DNA from: Callorhinchus milii
Taxonomy: Eukaryota
DNA length: 64,000 nt
Direction: 5' to 3'
NCBI RefSeq assembly: GCF_018977255.1
Contig: NW_024704755.1
Location: 13,826,001 to 13,890,000, forward strand
Shown here: in pieces, positions 23,115 through 35,251 of the stretch
Layout of the letters: the number at the start of each line of letters is the position of its first letter
Numbering within the stretch: the first letter of the stretch is position 1
Program-made: the position numbers and the translations under genes
The notes under the pieces: generated by a model
Databases searched by the model: none
The model's input: only the letters and a program-made list of their open reading frames with translations
Told to the model about the DNA's origin: nothing

Positions 23115-23571
23115 CAAGAGCTGGGTATCCAGAATCCTTCTGAAAAGTGACCGGCAAAACATCTGATTGTTTTCAATGCTCGAAAAGTACAGTCAGACTA
23201 TATTGTAATCTTTTCCATTGTTAATGTTTCTGGAAGATTATCTCCATTATCACAGATATGCTAAATAAGGACATTTTTATTTTAACTGCTGGAACTCCTA
23301 TCCTACTCCAAACCCTCCGTCTTGCCCCCTTTTTGCCCATCTTTAAATCACACCTGAAGACTTTCCCTCTTCGGCTATGCTTAAGGTTGCCCTCCCTTTT
23401 CTCCCCAGCACTACGCTATTGTTAAGCGCTTTCTGATGCTGACCCACGTGAAGGGCACTTATAAATAAATGCAAGTTATTTTTACATAGAATTGCACAGA
23501 ATTGATATCACCCAAACAGGCCATCACCTGCGAAATGCTTTGAAATCTCTCGATGACACAATAAGAGTGCT

Positions 23572-26500
23572 CCCCAGTCGGGGAGCGGCGGCAGGACAGC
23601 GCGGGGAGGAGCCTGGGCCTACTGACCAGGTACTTAAACTCGACGCCGGAGCGAGTTCAGCCCCGGGGGGGGGGGGGGGGGGGGGGGAGAGCGGGGGAAC
23701 TGCGACGTCATAGATTAGTTTTCAGGTACGTGCGCACGCACACAAAAAAAAAAAAACTCTGCGCCCCCCCCCCCCCCCCAGGGCTCACATCAGAGCCCAC
23801 TATGGTCCTGTTGGGTTTGCTGCCCCAATCTACGGGATAATGCCATCCACCTGACCGCTCGCTCCCGGTCCCCGCGTGCGCACTATGGCTGCCGCTTTGA
23901 CCCCCCTCCCTCCCTCCTCCCTCCTCTCTACCCCCAAACCCTCCCCCCTCTGCATCTCTCCCGCTCTCTCCTCCTCTCTCTCCGTCCCTCTCGTCTTCTA
24001 TCCCCACTTGACCCTCCCACAACCTCCCTCTGCTCCAGCCTGGGAATCCTCCGCCGGGCTCACCGTGGCACTCGGCGTTGGCTGTCCAGCAGCAGCCACA
24101 CCGACTGCCCCATTCCCCACCATACTCGCCAGCCACCCCGGACACAGACCCGGGGAGTCAACCTCTCCTCCCTCATCCCCATTCCCCCACCCCTGCCTCA
24201 CAACCTGGACCCCCTCCCCTCCCACACACCCTTCTGTCAACCGCTCCCTCCACATCGGACTGCAAAATGTCCGCTCCCTCTGCAACAAGGCCCTGGTCAT
24301 CAACGATCTCATCCTTGATGAGAACGTTGATATCATGGCCTTAACAGAAACCTGGCTCACCCCAGGCGACACCTTCCCCCTCACGGAGGCCACACCACCC
24401 GGCTACACCTCCCACCACATCCCCCGCCCCAACCGCCGTGGCGGTGGTGTTGCCCTTATCTCAAGGACACCACTTGCCCTATCCCCCTACTCCACTGGCT
24501 CTTTCCCCTCCTTTGAGCACCTCACCCTCTCCCACCCCTCATTCCTCTCCCTTAAAATCCTCCTCCTCTACCGGCCCCCTAAAACCTCTCCCACCTTCAT
24601 CTCTGACATTTCAACACTCCTCACATCTCTTTGCCTCTGCTCCGATCGCCTCATCATCCTGGGCGACTTTAACCTACACTTCACCCCCTCCTGCTCCATC
24701 TCCACAGACTTCTCTTCCCTGCTCTCCTCACTCAACCTCTCCTTACACATAAACTCCCCCACTCACAGTCACGGCCACCCACTCGATTTGGTGATCACCC
24801 GGGGCCTCAGTGTCTCGGATGTCACTATTACCGACAAGGCCATCTCTGACCACCACTTCATCTCCTTCACCACCTCCACCCCCCTCCCCACCTCCACCAG
24901 ACCCACCACCATCTTCTACCGCCCTTGGAAGAAGTTACCCCCACAATCCCTAACCGATGCCTTGGAGTCCTCTGAACTCCTCTCCCTCTGGCCTTCAACC
25001 CTCACCGACCCCTCTTCTCCTCTCTCCCTCCTCCACAATACCCTCTCCTCCACACTCGATACTCTTGCCCCCATCACTTCCCGCACTGTCTCCTACTCCC
25101 GCTCCTCCCCCTGGTACACCACCCACCTCCGCTCACTGAAAAGCCAGGTGCGGGCTGCTGAACGCACCTGTGTCAAATCTGGCCTAACGGTCCACCGACA
25201 AATCTGGCTGGACCTCCTCAAAATTTACCGCTCCACTCTAGCCTCGGCCAAGTCGTCCTTCTACTCCAGGATAATCCTGGAGGCGAAGAACAACCCCAGG
25301 CTACTGTTTTCCACCACAACCCGACTCCTCCGTCCCCCCCGCCACCCCGCGCAGGTCATCTCCTCCAACCTTCACTGCGAGGAGATGCTGGATTTCCTTG
25401 AATCCAAGATCAAGGGAATCCGCTCCGCGGTCACTTCCCCTCCAACTTCCACCCACCACCCACCCCTTCCCTCCCACACTCCGACTCCTACCCATCCTCC
25501 CCTACACACCTTCGTACCCGTTTCCCCACCCTCTGTCACTGAACTCATCCTATCCCTAAAACCAACCACCTGCTCCCTTGACCCCATCCCCACTCCACTC
25601 CTTATCTCCCAGCTCCACTTTCTTGCCCCACATATCACTGACATCATCAACCTGTCCCTCTCCTCTGGCTCTGTCCCCATTCCATTAAAAACTGCCATCA
25701 TCACGCCCACCCTGAAAAAACCCTCCCTTGATGCGTCGCAGCTATCAAGCTACCGGCCCATCTCCAACCTCCCCTTTCTCTCCAAGGTCTTGGAAAGAGT
25801 TGTCGCCTCCCAACTGCGCTCTTTCCTTTCCACCCATTCTCTTTTCGAACCCCTTCAGTCAGGTTTCCGTGCTGCCCATAGCACAGAAACTGCCCTGGTC
25901 AAGGTCACCAATGATATCCTGACCATCTGTGACCAGGGCTCCCTCTGTCTCCTCGTCCTCCTCGACCTATCGGCAGCATTCGATACGGTCGACCACGCTA
26001 TCCTACTCCACCGCTTGTCCTCCCACCTCAACCTTCAAGGCACTGTCCTTGAATGGTTTAGGTCGTACCTTTCTCACCGTCTTCACTTTGTCTCGACGAA
26101 TGGCTTCTCCTCCACCCCCCGTACTGTCTCATGTGGTGTCCCTCAGGGCTCTGTCCTCGGTCCCCTCCTCTTCACCCTCTATATGCTCCCCCTCGGTGAC
26201 ATCATCCGCAGACATGGAGTTAACTTCCACATGTATGCGGATGACACCCAACTCTACCTTTCCTCCTCTACTCTCAACTCCACGACCACCGATGTCCTGA
26301 CAGCTGCCTGTCCGACATCGAGTCCTGGACGAGAGACAACTTTCTTCAGCTCAACGTGCGAAAAACCGAGGCCCTCCTGATTGGCTCACGTCAGCGCCTC
26401 CGCACCTCAGGCGCTGACACCATCAGCATCCAAGGCTGCACTCTCCACCTCTCAAAGCCAGTCAGGAACCTCGGCGTTTTGTTCGACCCTGAGCTGTCCT

Positions 26501-27270
26501 TTCTCCCTCACATCCGCACCACAACTGGCACCGCCTTCCATCACCTCCGGAACATCGCCAGACTACGGCACTACCTCACCCCTCACGCTGCTGAAACCCT
26601 GGTTCACGCCTTTGTCACCTCAAGGCTGGACTATGGGAACTCTCTCCTCGCCGGCCTTCCCGCCACCTCCCTCCACAAGCTGCAGGTCATTCAGAACTCT
26701 GCAGCTCGTGTACTGTCCCGCACCAGACTTCGGGACCACATCACTCCCACCCTCGCTCGCCTCCACTGGCTCCCCATCCCCCAGAGGATTGATTTCAAGA
26801 TCCTCATCCTCACCTACAAGGCCATTCACGGCCTTGCTCCCTCCTACCTCTCCAACCTACTATCCCCCTACCTACCTGCCCGTACCCTCCGTTCCTCTGG
26901 CTCCGGTCTGCTCCACGTCCCCCGCCCCAACCGCCCTACCATCGGTGGTCGGGCCTTCAGCCTCTCAGCCCCGAGGCTCTGGAACTCCATCCCCCAGTGC
27001 CTTCGCCGCTTCCTCCCTTTCCTCCTTCAAGGCCGGTCTCAAAACCTTTCTCTTTGACCGTGCCTTCAGCTCCCCTCTCGACTCTCTTCCCCCTCCTCGC
27101 TCCCTCCCCTCACCCTGACCATTTGCCCCCTCCTCGCTCCCTCCCTTCCCTCCCCTCACCCTGACCATTTCCCCCCTGCTCGGGTCATGACCCAACTGTG
27201 CAGCGCCTTGGGACGTCCTCCCGACGTGAAAGGCGCTTTATAAATGGAATCTTGTTGTTGTTGTTGTTGT
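23572..27270 (+). mobile_element. Near-intact L2-clade LINE (APE endonuclease and reverse transcriptase), 3.7 kb
   Basis: ORF 23876-26380 carries the APE motifs (QNVRSL, ETWL, GDFN, GHPLDL, SDH) and RT motifs ([17 protein letters not shown]). It continues after a 1-nt frameshift near 26303 into ORF 26356-27057. The 3' end has a stem-loop and a (TTG)n tail. Confidence 0.95.
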
Positions 27271-27329
27271 ACACCAGTTGCAAGGATTACCATATTACGA
27301 TTTCTGCTTCAAGCATAGTATCTGTTCAG

Positions 27330-27800
27330 TGAGTTCCACATTCTAGCTGCTCTCTGTGTTAAGAAGTTCTTGCTTCATTCTCCTTTACATCTGATGGTGT
27401 ACATCTCATTTCCGCTACCTTGTTATAGATTCATCAAGTGAAAACACACTGTGTTCACTTCAAATTACACCTTTTATGATTTTACAACATGTCTATGGGA
27501 ACCCCTCCCAATTGTCTCGTCCACAGGGGGGGAAATATCTGTCCAGTCTTTCCTGATATGTGTATCCTTTCAGCCCTGGTAATATCTTGATAATTCTATG
27601 CTGTAATCTCTGCAAAGACACAATTTCCTTTTTTGCAGTGTGGTGACCAGAACTGAATACAGGACAAATGTGGTCAAACCAAGGTTTTTACAGATTTAAC
27701 AATATTTCCTTATTTTTGTTCTCTCTTCCATTGAATATAAATCCCAGAACTCTTTTTACTTGATAACCTTGTCCACCCGTGTTGCTACTTTGAGACTTAT
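27330..27800 (-). mobile_element. Old CR1 remnant
   Basis: agtgtggtgaccagaactg..ggtcaaaccaagg is an antisense LV.PHL..FWSPH motif. Confidence 0.55.
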
Positions 27801-29646
27801 TTGTTTCTTTGCTCCTCTGAGGTTTATTCTAAGGTAGGAACACTTCTTTATTCCTCCTGTCCAAGAAATGTTCAATAAAAGTTTAATAAGTGAATGTCAA
27901 ATACATGATCAACCTTCACAACGACAATAGTCTGCCTAATCCACCCATCATGAAGAATTGGGACTTTTACCCAAGCTCCAAAACCAACTTAAATGGGTAC
28001 AATTTAAGCAAATCTACATTTCCACTCAATTAATATCAGTCACAAAGACGCTTCCTGTGTCAGAATAGAATGTATTTGGGGAAACTGGGTGAAGCAATGA
28101 GCTAGAAAACATATCTTTAGCTCCAGAACCCGGTTGGAGGTGTGGTTTGCGTGCACATTTGAAGCCTCTGGATAGTAATGTTTCATAACTTCTGCACCGA
28201 TCAATGCAGTTCCCTTTACTTATCAGTACTGGAATTCACAATGTCACTGCGTGACATTACTTAACAACTGGGTGAAGAGGAACCTCATGGATCCGGAACT
28301 AAGATGCAATTGACTACGTTGTTAATGCCAGACTTATTAAATGTCCCTTTACACAAAATCATCTAAAAGCCAATCATCCAGTTCAGTATTATTGGGAGAA
28401 ATATACAGTGTTCTGTTGAAGAAAATCCCAGCTATGCAGATGGACTTTAAAACACTATTGACACTATTTGAAAAGAAAAGGAAGTTTTTTGACTAACATC
28501 TTCATTGGTCTAACTAGGTATTCGCCTGTAGTTGTTTAAAGAACAAACCTTGCTGGCCAAATGCAGTTCCCCTTTCTATTTTTTTGTTTGGTTAGTTTGG
28601 TTGTGTCTAACACCTGCAGAAATGCATCACTATGCTAAAGAGTAGCCAACCAGTTTCATGCATCCCACCTGTATATTGGAAATTCCCAAGATATTTGTTG
28701 GAATGAAATGCACATTCTCTCCATGGAGTAATGCATCCAACTTACCTGATTGTGGAAAGTATAAAGCACAGGCTGGCAAGAGCCAAATGGCCCCTAAGTC
28801 ATGGCATTTGAAAGTAATCATAGCATTTGTAAAACACTTTGAGAAGTGTCACAGAAGTAGTTTAAAGACAAAGTTTTTTAAAAAAACACTGCGTAATACC
28901 TGTTAAAACTGGTTTAATATTTTCATAGTAATAGAATATTACAGAACAGAAGGAGGCCGTTTGTCCCATTGTGCCTGTGTCGGATACCCCATCAGTCCCA
29001 CTCCCACGCTCTTACCCCATATCCTTAAAATGTTATGGCAACTGGTGCTGAGCATACCCTGAAATTAAAGTTTCTGCACAATAGCACTACTGAGTGTTCA
29101 ATCAGACATTCAGAGATTACAACTCTATTGCACAACAACATGAAGGTTGCTTAACCTCTCACTGGCACTTCACTCTTTCCCACATCACTCAGCAAGCCCC
29201 AAGTGAAACGGTTAATAAGCGATTACCTCGCAACGCTTTAGCCACTGAATCATTTCCACTCTTTCACATTAATTCATACACTGGTAATATCATTTAAATG
29301 ACAGGGACTTACAGGAGGAAGAAGCTTGGAATGATCACAAACAATTTTTTTAAAAAAAAAGTTCATACTCCACAATGCCAGTTAATTTGGCTGATTAATG
29401 AGAAAAATAATCACAAAATGTGAGGCTGAGTCACAGATCTTATGTCAATGAGACATGAAGAGAGGCCACAGAAGCTAAACCCTCTTCACAATGTGAAAAA
29501 AATCTTTTTAAGGAGGGAGAGAGAAACAATTCAAAAATGTTTTAATTGTGGAGGGAATCAGTAAGAAAAAACGGCCGGGGAGAGACTCTATTTAAAAGAA
29601 TGGTGCGTGTGTATAATAAAGAGCTCGAGCCTGTCATACAATTTGC

Positions 29647-29652
29647 TTTATT
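29647..29652 (-). terminator. Candidate polyadenylation signal of RBR copy 1
   Basis: AATAAA on the minus strand ~620 nt after the stop; the equivalent site is near 36727 in copy 2. Confidence 0.4.
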
Positions 29653-30271
29653 GAGAAAAAGAAAATAACCAAAGCATTACAGTCTATCAAAGTGTTCCTT
29701 TTGCACAATACGAGTTGCGTGCATTTCTCTCACGATTGAGGAAGGTTAGCAAGCCAGACAAAGCTGATCTTACACTCTGAGATGTACAGCAAGAGCAGTT
29801 CTAGACAGGCAATATCTGTCTTCATAAACAAAGTGGCCACACACCTGCACGATTGCAAGGCCACCATGTTAGTGTACAGTTCATTCCCTGAACAAGGGAT
29901 ATCCACTTACAGGCTATACACATCCTATGAGGTTCACGAGAGAAGTTTGGATGAAGAAGGTCCTTCGCTCATTTACAGGCTTGGCTGGGAATCTCACAGA
30001 GGTCTCTATTATCTACAGCTATGAGGCTGTTGAGATGCTCTACAAGGTTGGGAATATCAGTTCTGTTGCAAAATTTAAGAAACATGCAAAAAACATTTCT
30101 CAGGAGTGATTAGCTGACACTTGGTGTTGGGTCTGTTCAAGACCTACCACCACCTGCAAGTCCCCATTTATGGGACTTGGTTTCACTGGAATAGACAAAC
30201 TCCTACAGTAAAAGCTGAGACAACCTCCACCGGCTGTCAAGCAACCAGCTCCCAAGTCGTCAGCAAACCAT

Positions 30272-33200
30272 TCAGATTTCTCCAGGTTGATGACTTGGCT
30301 GCTGAGGTCTATCAGCTCTGGTAACTCTGTGCATTTGTAACTGAGCCCATCTGTTTTCCATTTCTAACTGAGTTTGCAGTACGAGAAGATAATCTTCATC
30401 GTCTAACTGCTCTCTTTTCTCGTAAACTTTATTGCCCGATACCTTTTGGCGTTCAGCTATAGAACAGCCCTGTAAACCTCCTGTGTGATTTTCATCCAGG
30501 CCAAGGCACCGAAAACAGAATGTATAATTGCAGTTGGGGCAGTCAATATTGCTGCAGCCTTCTAGGCAGTGTTGTGTTAACGCTTCACAGTTAGGGCAGG
30601 CTCGCACTTTTGGGCACCCGTGCACAACAGTATTCTGTACGTTGATCGTGGGACAGCCTTGGAGCAGGGCTGTAAACGTGCAGGCACCATTACCGCATGA
30701 GTTGCTCTGCACATCAGGATTCCTCCATTCCCTCAGGCAGTCAAAGCAAAACACAAAGACTTTCTTTTTTGTCTCAGAGCACGGCAGACACTCCGCAGAC
30801 AGCTTCTCCAGGTCCACTCTCTGTACATACAGACCACATTCTGGACACTGAGGACAAAGCATACCATTAGTCACACTATTGTCCCCTTCGGTTGAGCGCA
30901 ATATTGATTCCTCAACAATTCCCTGCAGCTTTGGAGAATTCAGGCTCCCTAGCTACCTTGAAGGCAATCATTTTGTGCACAACAAGTTCCCACAAGTGAC
31001 CATGAGGAAAGCTATTCAACAAGTTATCCAGTAAATAGCTGGGCTTTCCAGACCAAGAAGCTACCATGTTCATTCCTCGCCCTGTGCTGCAATCCAATCT
31101 CAATCAAGACGGCATTGAAGAGAACTACAGTCTGTCTCAGAATCCTGGATTCAAATAAGGGAGATTGGCTGCTAGGTTTTGCCCACAAAATACAGTCAAT
31201 TCACTTTGCAGTGTATCATGTGAAGCACTTTGAGGCATCTCAACAACATGATAAGGCACTATGTGCAAGGATTATTATTATGATGGTCAATCGAAATTCA
31301 CTCTGCTGATTCCTTTTGGGACAGCATTTGTAGATAATAATAATCCTTGCATTTCATATAGTGCCTGATCACATCTTCGAGATGTCTCAAAGCACTTCAC
31401 AGAATATACTGTAAAGTGAATTAACTGTATATTTTTGGGGCAAAAAGCAGCAGCCAATTGGACACAGCAATGTCCACAAACAGTCATGGACTGACTGATC
31501 AAATTATTATTATAATTATTTTTGGAATGAATTATTACCCCCGGAAAAGCGATCCAACAATCGTCTAACAACCGGGTTCCTACTTATTGCTTGGTAAACA
31601 GAGGTGTGTGGAGTAAGGAAACTTGCCCAATGTTTCACCCTGCCAGAAATCAAACCAGGTCTCTCGCTTGCGAGGCGAGTGTTCTAATCACTGAGCTACA
31701 TGAATCCTAGGACTAGAGATAGCATGAAGACATGGATTACACTCGGCTGCAATTCTGTGATTATTCAAACAGAAGGCAGTTTCTCCCAATGATTTGGACA
31801 ATCTTCCAGATAACAGTGCTCATTTGTTGCACCTTGATGTGTGTGCACAATCTTGTGTTTTGTCTACAAATAGATTTGTCTGCAATAATCTGTGAAACTT
31901 CAAAACATTCACAAGGGCTGTGTATCAAATGCAAGGATTAACTTGAGTGAGGGACAAGAAGTAAAACGGATTATCAGCCGAACAGATCAACATCTGTCAC
32001 TTCATTTTCACTGGCTATTTGATGAGGATGTGAATACAAGATAATTGATTATATTCAAGCAGCATGAGGTGGACAGACCTGTGGCAGGTAAGTAGAGAGA
32101 CAGAGAGATGCACACACAAACCGAGGCAATCAGAGAGACAGAGAGCAAGAGAGATACACACATAGAATCCACCATAGTCCAGTCCGAATGTAAAAATATG
32201 GTAATATCAAAAGCAAATATCAGGAAACAGCCTGTTTGACTAGAGTCAGTTAGAAGGCTCAAAGAGCTGCCGACCTCAGATAACAAGCTGGTGCATTCTC
32301 AGATAACCCTGCTAGGAACAACCCATCATTGTGAGAAGCAAGTAGTCTCAAGGTCTGGGAAAGAAAGGTGCGTAGAGATTAGGGAGACCGGGGGAAGATG
32401 GCCACGGGAACAGGAAAGAATGCTAGAATGCAAGGGATACCATCTCCAATGGGTACAGGCCAATTAAAGGCAGCTACAGGAGAGAGATAAGGGAAGACAA
32501 GGGTTGGGGCATTTACAATGGGCCACATTGTTTTTGGTTAATTAAATCAAAGAAACGAGCTAAGATAAAACAACACTATACAGGAATGATGAGCTAAAGC
32601 CATTCCTGATAAGAGTGTGATCACATTAAAGGGCACAAATCAAGAGTTAGGAAGTACAGGACACTGACCAGGAAAGATCTGGTTATTGGCCAGACACTGC
32701 TAGAGAGGTATAAGTATAGGAGTGAAATAGTCAAGAGAGAACGAGACTCAGCGGAGGTAGACAGGGGAACAGCCCTGCAGTCACTCGAACGAGACGACAC
32801 TCTGTAGCAGGTTGAGCTGCAGAGACGTTGGGAGGAACCATCCCGCTTGTGTCTTGAGCCGATCCGCTGATCAGTTCAAGAGACAGTATCTTACGATACT
32901 GGAGCAGGAGAAATGGGACAGAGGGCAGAGGAACGCGATTGAGAACCAGAGAAAAGAGGAGAAAGTGGACAGAGGGCAGAGGAACTCAATTGAGATCCAT
33001 AAAAANGGGAACGGCATAGATCACCCGGCAATTTGAATTTGGCAATTCCAATGTAACGGAATTGTTACAGGAATCCAAGGACTAGAGATAGCATGAAGAC
33101 ATGGATTACACTCGGCTGCAATTCTGTGATTATTCAAACAGAAGGCAGTTTCTCCCAATGATTTGGACAATCTTGCATCCTGAACTTTACCTTTTTGAAA

Positions 33201-35134
33201 GATTCATCCGCTTGTGTTGTTATCCTGCTGATTATCTCCTCACAGGAGCTCCGCTCTTCCTGCGTTAGGCAGGCCAGTGCACATACCTCCTGCCAGAGCC
33301 AAACTTTACAGCACTTTGGGCATTTAAACACCAAGTGACCCTGCAGAGAATTATCAAGTGTTAAAACCACAGTAAAGACTACACGACCACAGGCTACATT
33401 CTTCCATTTAATATCCAGATGAGTAATTGGCTGCAATGTAACACAGCGTTAAGATAGTTTCTGCCATATATCTATTAATTTCAGCTTCAGAGAATGAAGT
33501 TGTGCCAGAGATGGCGTTCAATTCTGTTCCCTCTCCTTTGTGGTCCAGTGAGAGAACGGAAAGGAACACTGTTCAAAGATAGGCAGATCCCAGCGTCAGT
33601 ACCTCAAGTCAAAATGCAAACTTAGTGATCAATAGCTTTATTGAACCATCGGTGAGTTGTTTTCTCCTCTTACCGTGTGAACTGCTCGGTCACCACTTGT
33701 CAACTGATGAGTGGAGTCTCACATCTCATGACTCTTTGGTACACGTTTTTGAGAGGTTATTGGGAGAGACCCTCCTCACAATTAAGACCAGATATGAGAT
33801 TTAATTAATCAGCGAGTAAAACCCACAAAGCTTAAATAATTCTGGTGCACCCTGACCTCACCTCATTCAGAACCGCCTCACACCATTTGTTCAGGCCCTT
33901 GGACTCCACCAAATGGCCACATGATGCTGTACACAAACGACCCCTGCAAAACAGAACAGAAGCAACCACGAGTCATGAGGCGCAACTCAAAGTACTGTCA
34001 ATCTCAAAACTGCACTCTCCACAAATCAGTTGGAAGCTACTTAACTGAAGAGTTCATGGAGAAAGGCAAATCCCTCAGGATTATCAGAAGATCGTTATAT
34101 CAGGGCATTCACTATAGTAAGGTTTGGCTGTCAAACTGGTGCAAAGGTCAGGCATTGCCTTTGGGATTGTTAAAAACAGGGGTTTGTTTATAAGCAACAA
34201 CAACAACAACAAGATTCCATTTATAAAGCGCCTTTCACGTCAGGAGGACGTCCCAAGGCGCTGCACAGTTGGGTCATGACCCGAGCAGGGGGGAAATGGT
34301 CAGGGTGAGGGGAGGGAAGGGAGGGAGCGAGGAGGGGCGAAATGGTCAGGGTGAGGGGAGGGAAGGGAGGGAGCGAGGAGGGGGAAGAGAGTCGAGAGGG
34401 GAGCTGAAGGCACGGTCAAAGAGAAAGCAGAGTTCATTACAGTCAGGTTCAACCGTACGTGACTTTCTACACCCCCTACTCACCTCTCTTTACTTCAGCT
34501 CACTGAGACCAATTGTAGTACTCAAGTATCTCAGTTCTAACTCAAGCCCATACCAGGAATTGAGTTTGGCACAGTTTAAACAATAGCTTTTATGTGCAGA
34601 GCCATAAATGGAGAGGCTGCTGTCGCCATTCTCTTTCAGTTCCATTTTGATTCAGTTCCTCAGAACAAACTTTCAGATTGAAACAAGATTTAAAATGAAG
34701 ACAAAGGCTGAGTTTTTACATTGCACCCTGATGCCATCCTGATACATACGCAGCTTGATGCCACCTAATCACCAATAGATGGATTGGTAATTAGGTGGCA
34801 TCCATCTCACTTTCCTACTAACACTCAATTATAATGATTCCGAGACTGATGAGCCTCGACTCATCACCCGCTTCTCCTTAGAAAAAGACTTCTGAGGCCT
34901 TTTGCCTGGATTCCTTCCTCTGCTTCTTTGACAGTAATTGGTTCAACCACTGTTGATTTAAACATGTTCAGAATGATACTCTACCAACATCACAAGAGCC
35001 ATTATTAAATAAAGGCCTTACAGTACCTATGAATAGCAATACATTCTGAAAAATAGCTTTTTACCTGTTCCCTTATAAGCTTTGGTAAGAAACTGAAACC
35101 TTCTACTGGTCGCCTCGTAAGCAATGATTTCCAT
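30272..35134 (-). CDS. RBR-type (RING1-IBR-RING2-like) E3 ubiquitin ligase, copy 1; 4 exons, ~286 aa, frame intact
   Basis: Exons 35065-35134 ([23 protein letters not shown]), 33862-33926 ([22 protein letters not shown]), 33191-33340 ([22 protein letters not shown]) and 30272-30847 ([66 protein letters not shown]..) join in frame with GT-AG boundaries (861 nt). The Cys pattern matches the fish expanded RBR-like family as recalled. The first exon is the least certain. Confidence 0.8.
31335..31708 (-). mobile_element. tRNA-derived SINE in an RBR copy 1 intron (duplicated at ~38410-38781)
   Basis: Full head-core-tail structure, antisense to the plus strand. Confidence 0.85.
34195..34425 (-). 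mobile_element. L2 3' fragment in RBR intron 1 (duplicated at ~41267-41502)
   Basis: (CAA)n tail and L2 stem-loop, antisense. Confidence 0.88.
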
Positions 35135-35232
35135 CTTGTTATCACACTGCCGAGGAGTCGAAATGCAGACCGTCTTTAACAAAGAGTATCCATAGATCTG
35201 ACTTTCAGCGCCTACTCTCCCTGAACTAGTTC

Positions 35233-35251
35233 TTTCTCTTTCACTTTCACT
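35233..35251 (-). promoter_or_regulatory. ISRE/IRF-E element (three GAAA cores) upstream of RBR copy 1
   Basis: Minus strand AGTGAAAGTGAAAGAGAAA contains GAAANNGAAA twice, overlapping, about 100 nt upstream of the ATG at 35134. Confidence 0.6.

Noticed and set aside
23708-27195. Many Gly/Glu/Pro/Ser-rich ORFs in alternative frames of L2 copies (also 12892-13572 and 48351-48764)
   Set aside because: By-products of the C-rich L2 strand and of the minisatellite.
29782-30109. Plus-strand ORFs (80, 60 and, in unit 2, 108 aa) antisense to the RBR 3' UTR
   Set aside because: No recognisable domain or splice structure, and the frame differs between the two near-identical copies.
30848-30901. ORF-track N-terminus [15 protein letters not shown] of the RBR ORF (and MQPITHLD.. 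at 33341-33436)
   Set aside because: These lie upstream of clear splice acceptors (tcctcag|TGT, ctctgcag|GGT) and use non-ATG starts. They are intronic read-through of the ORF finder.
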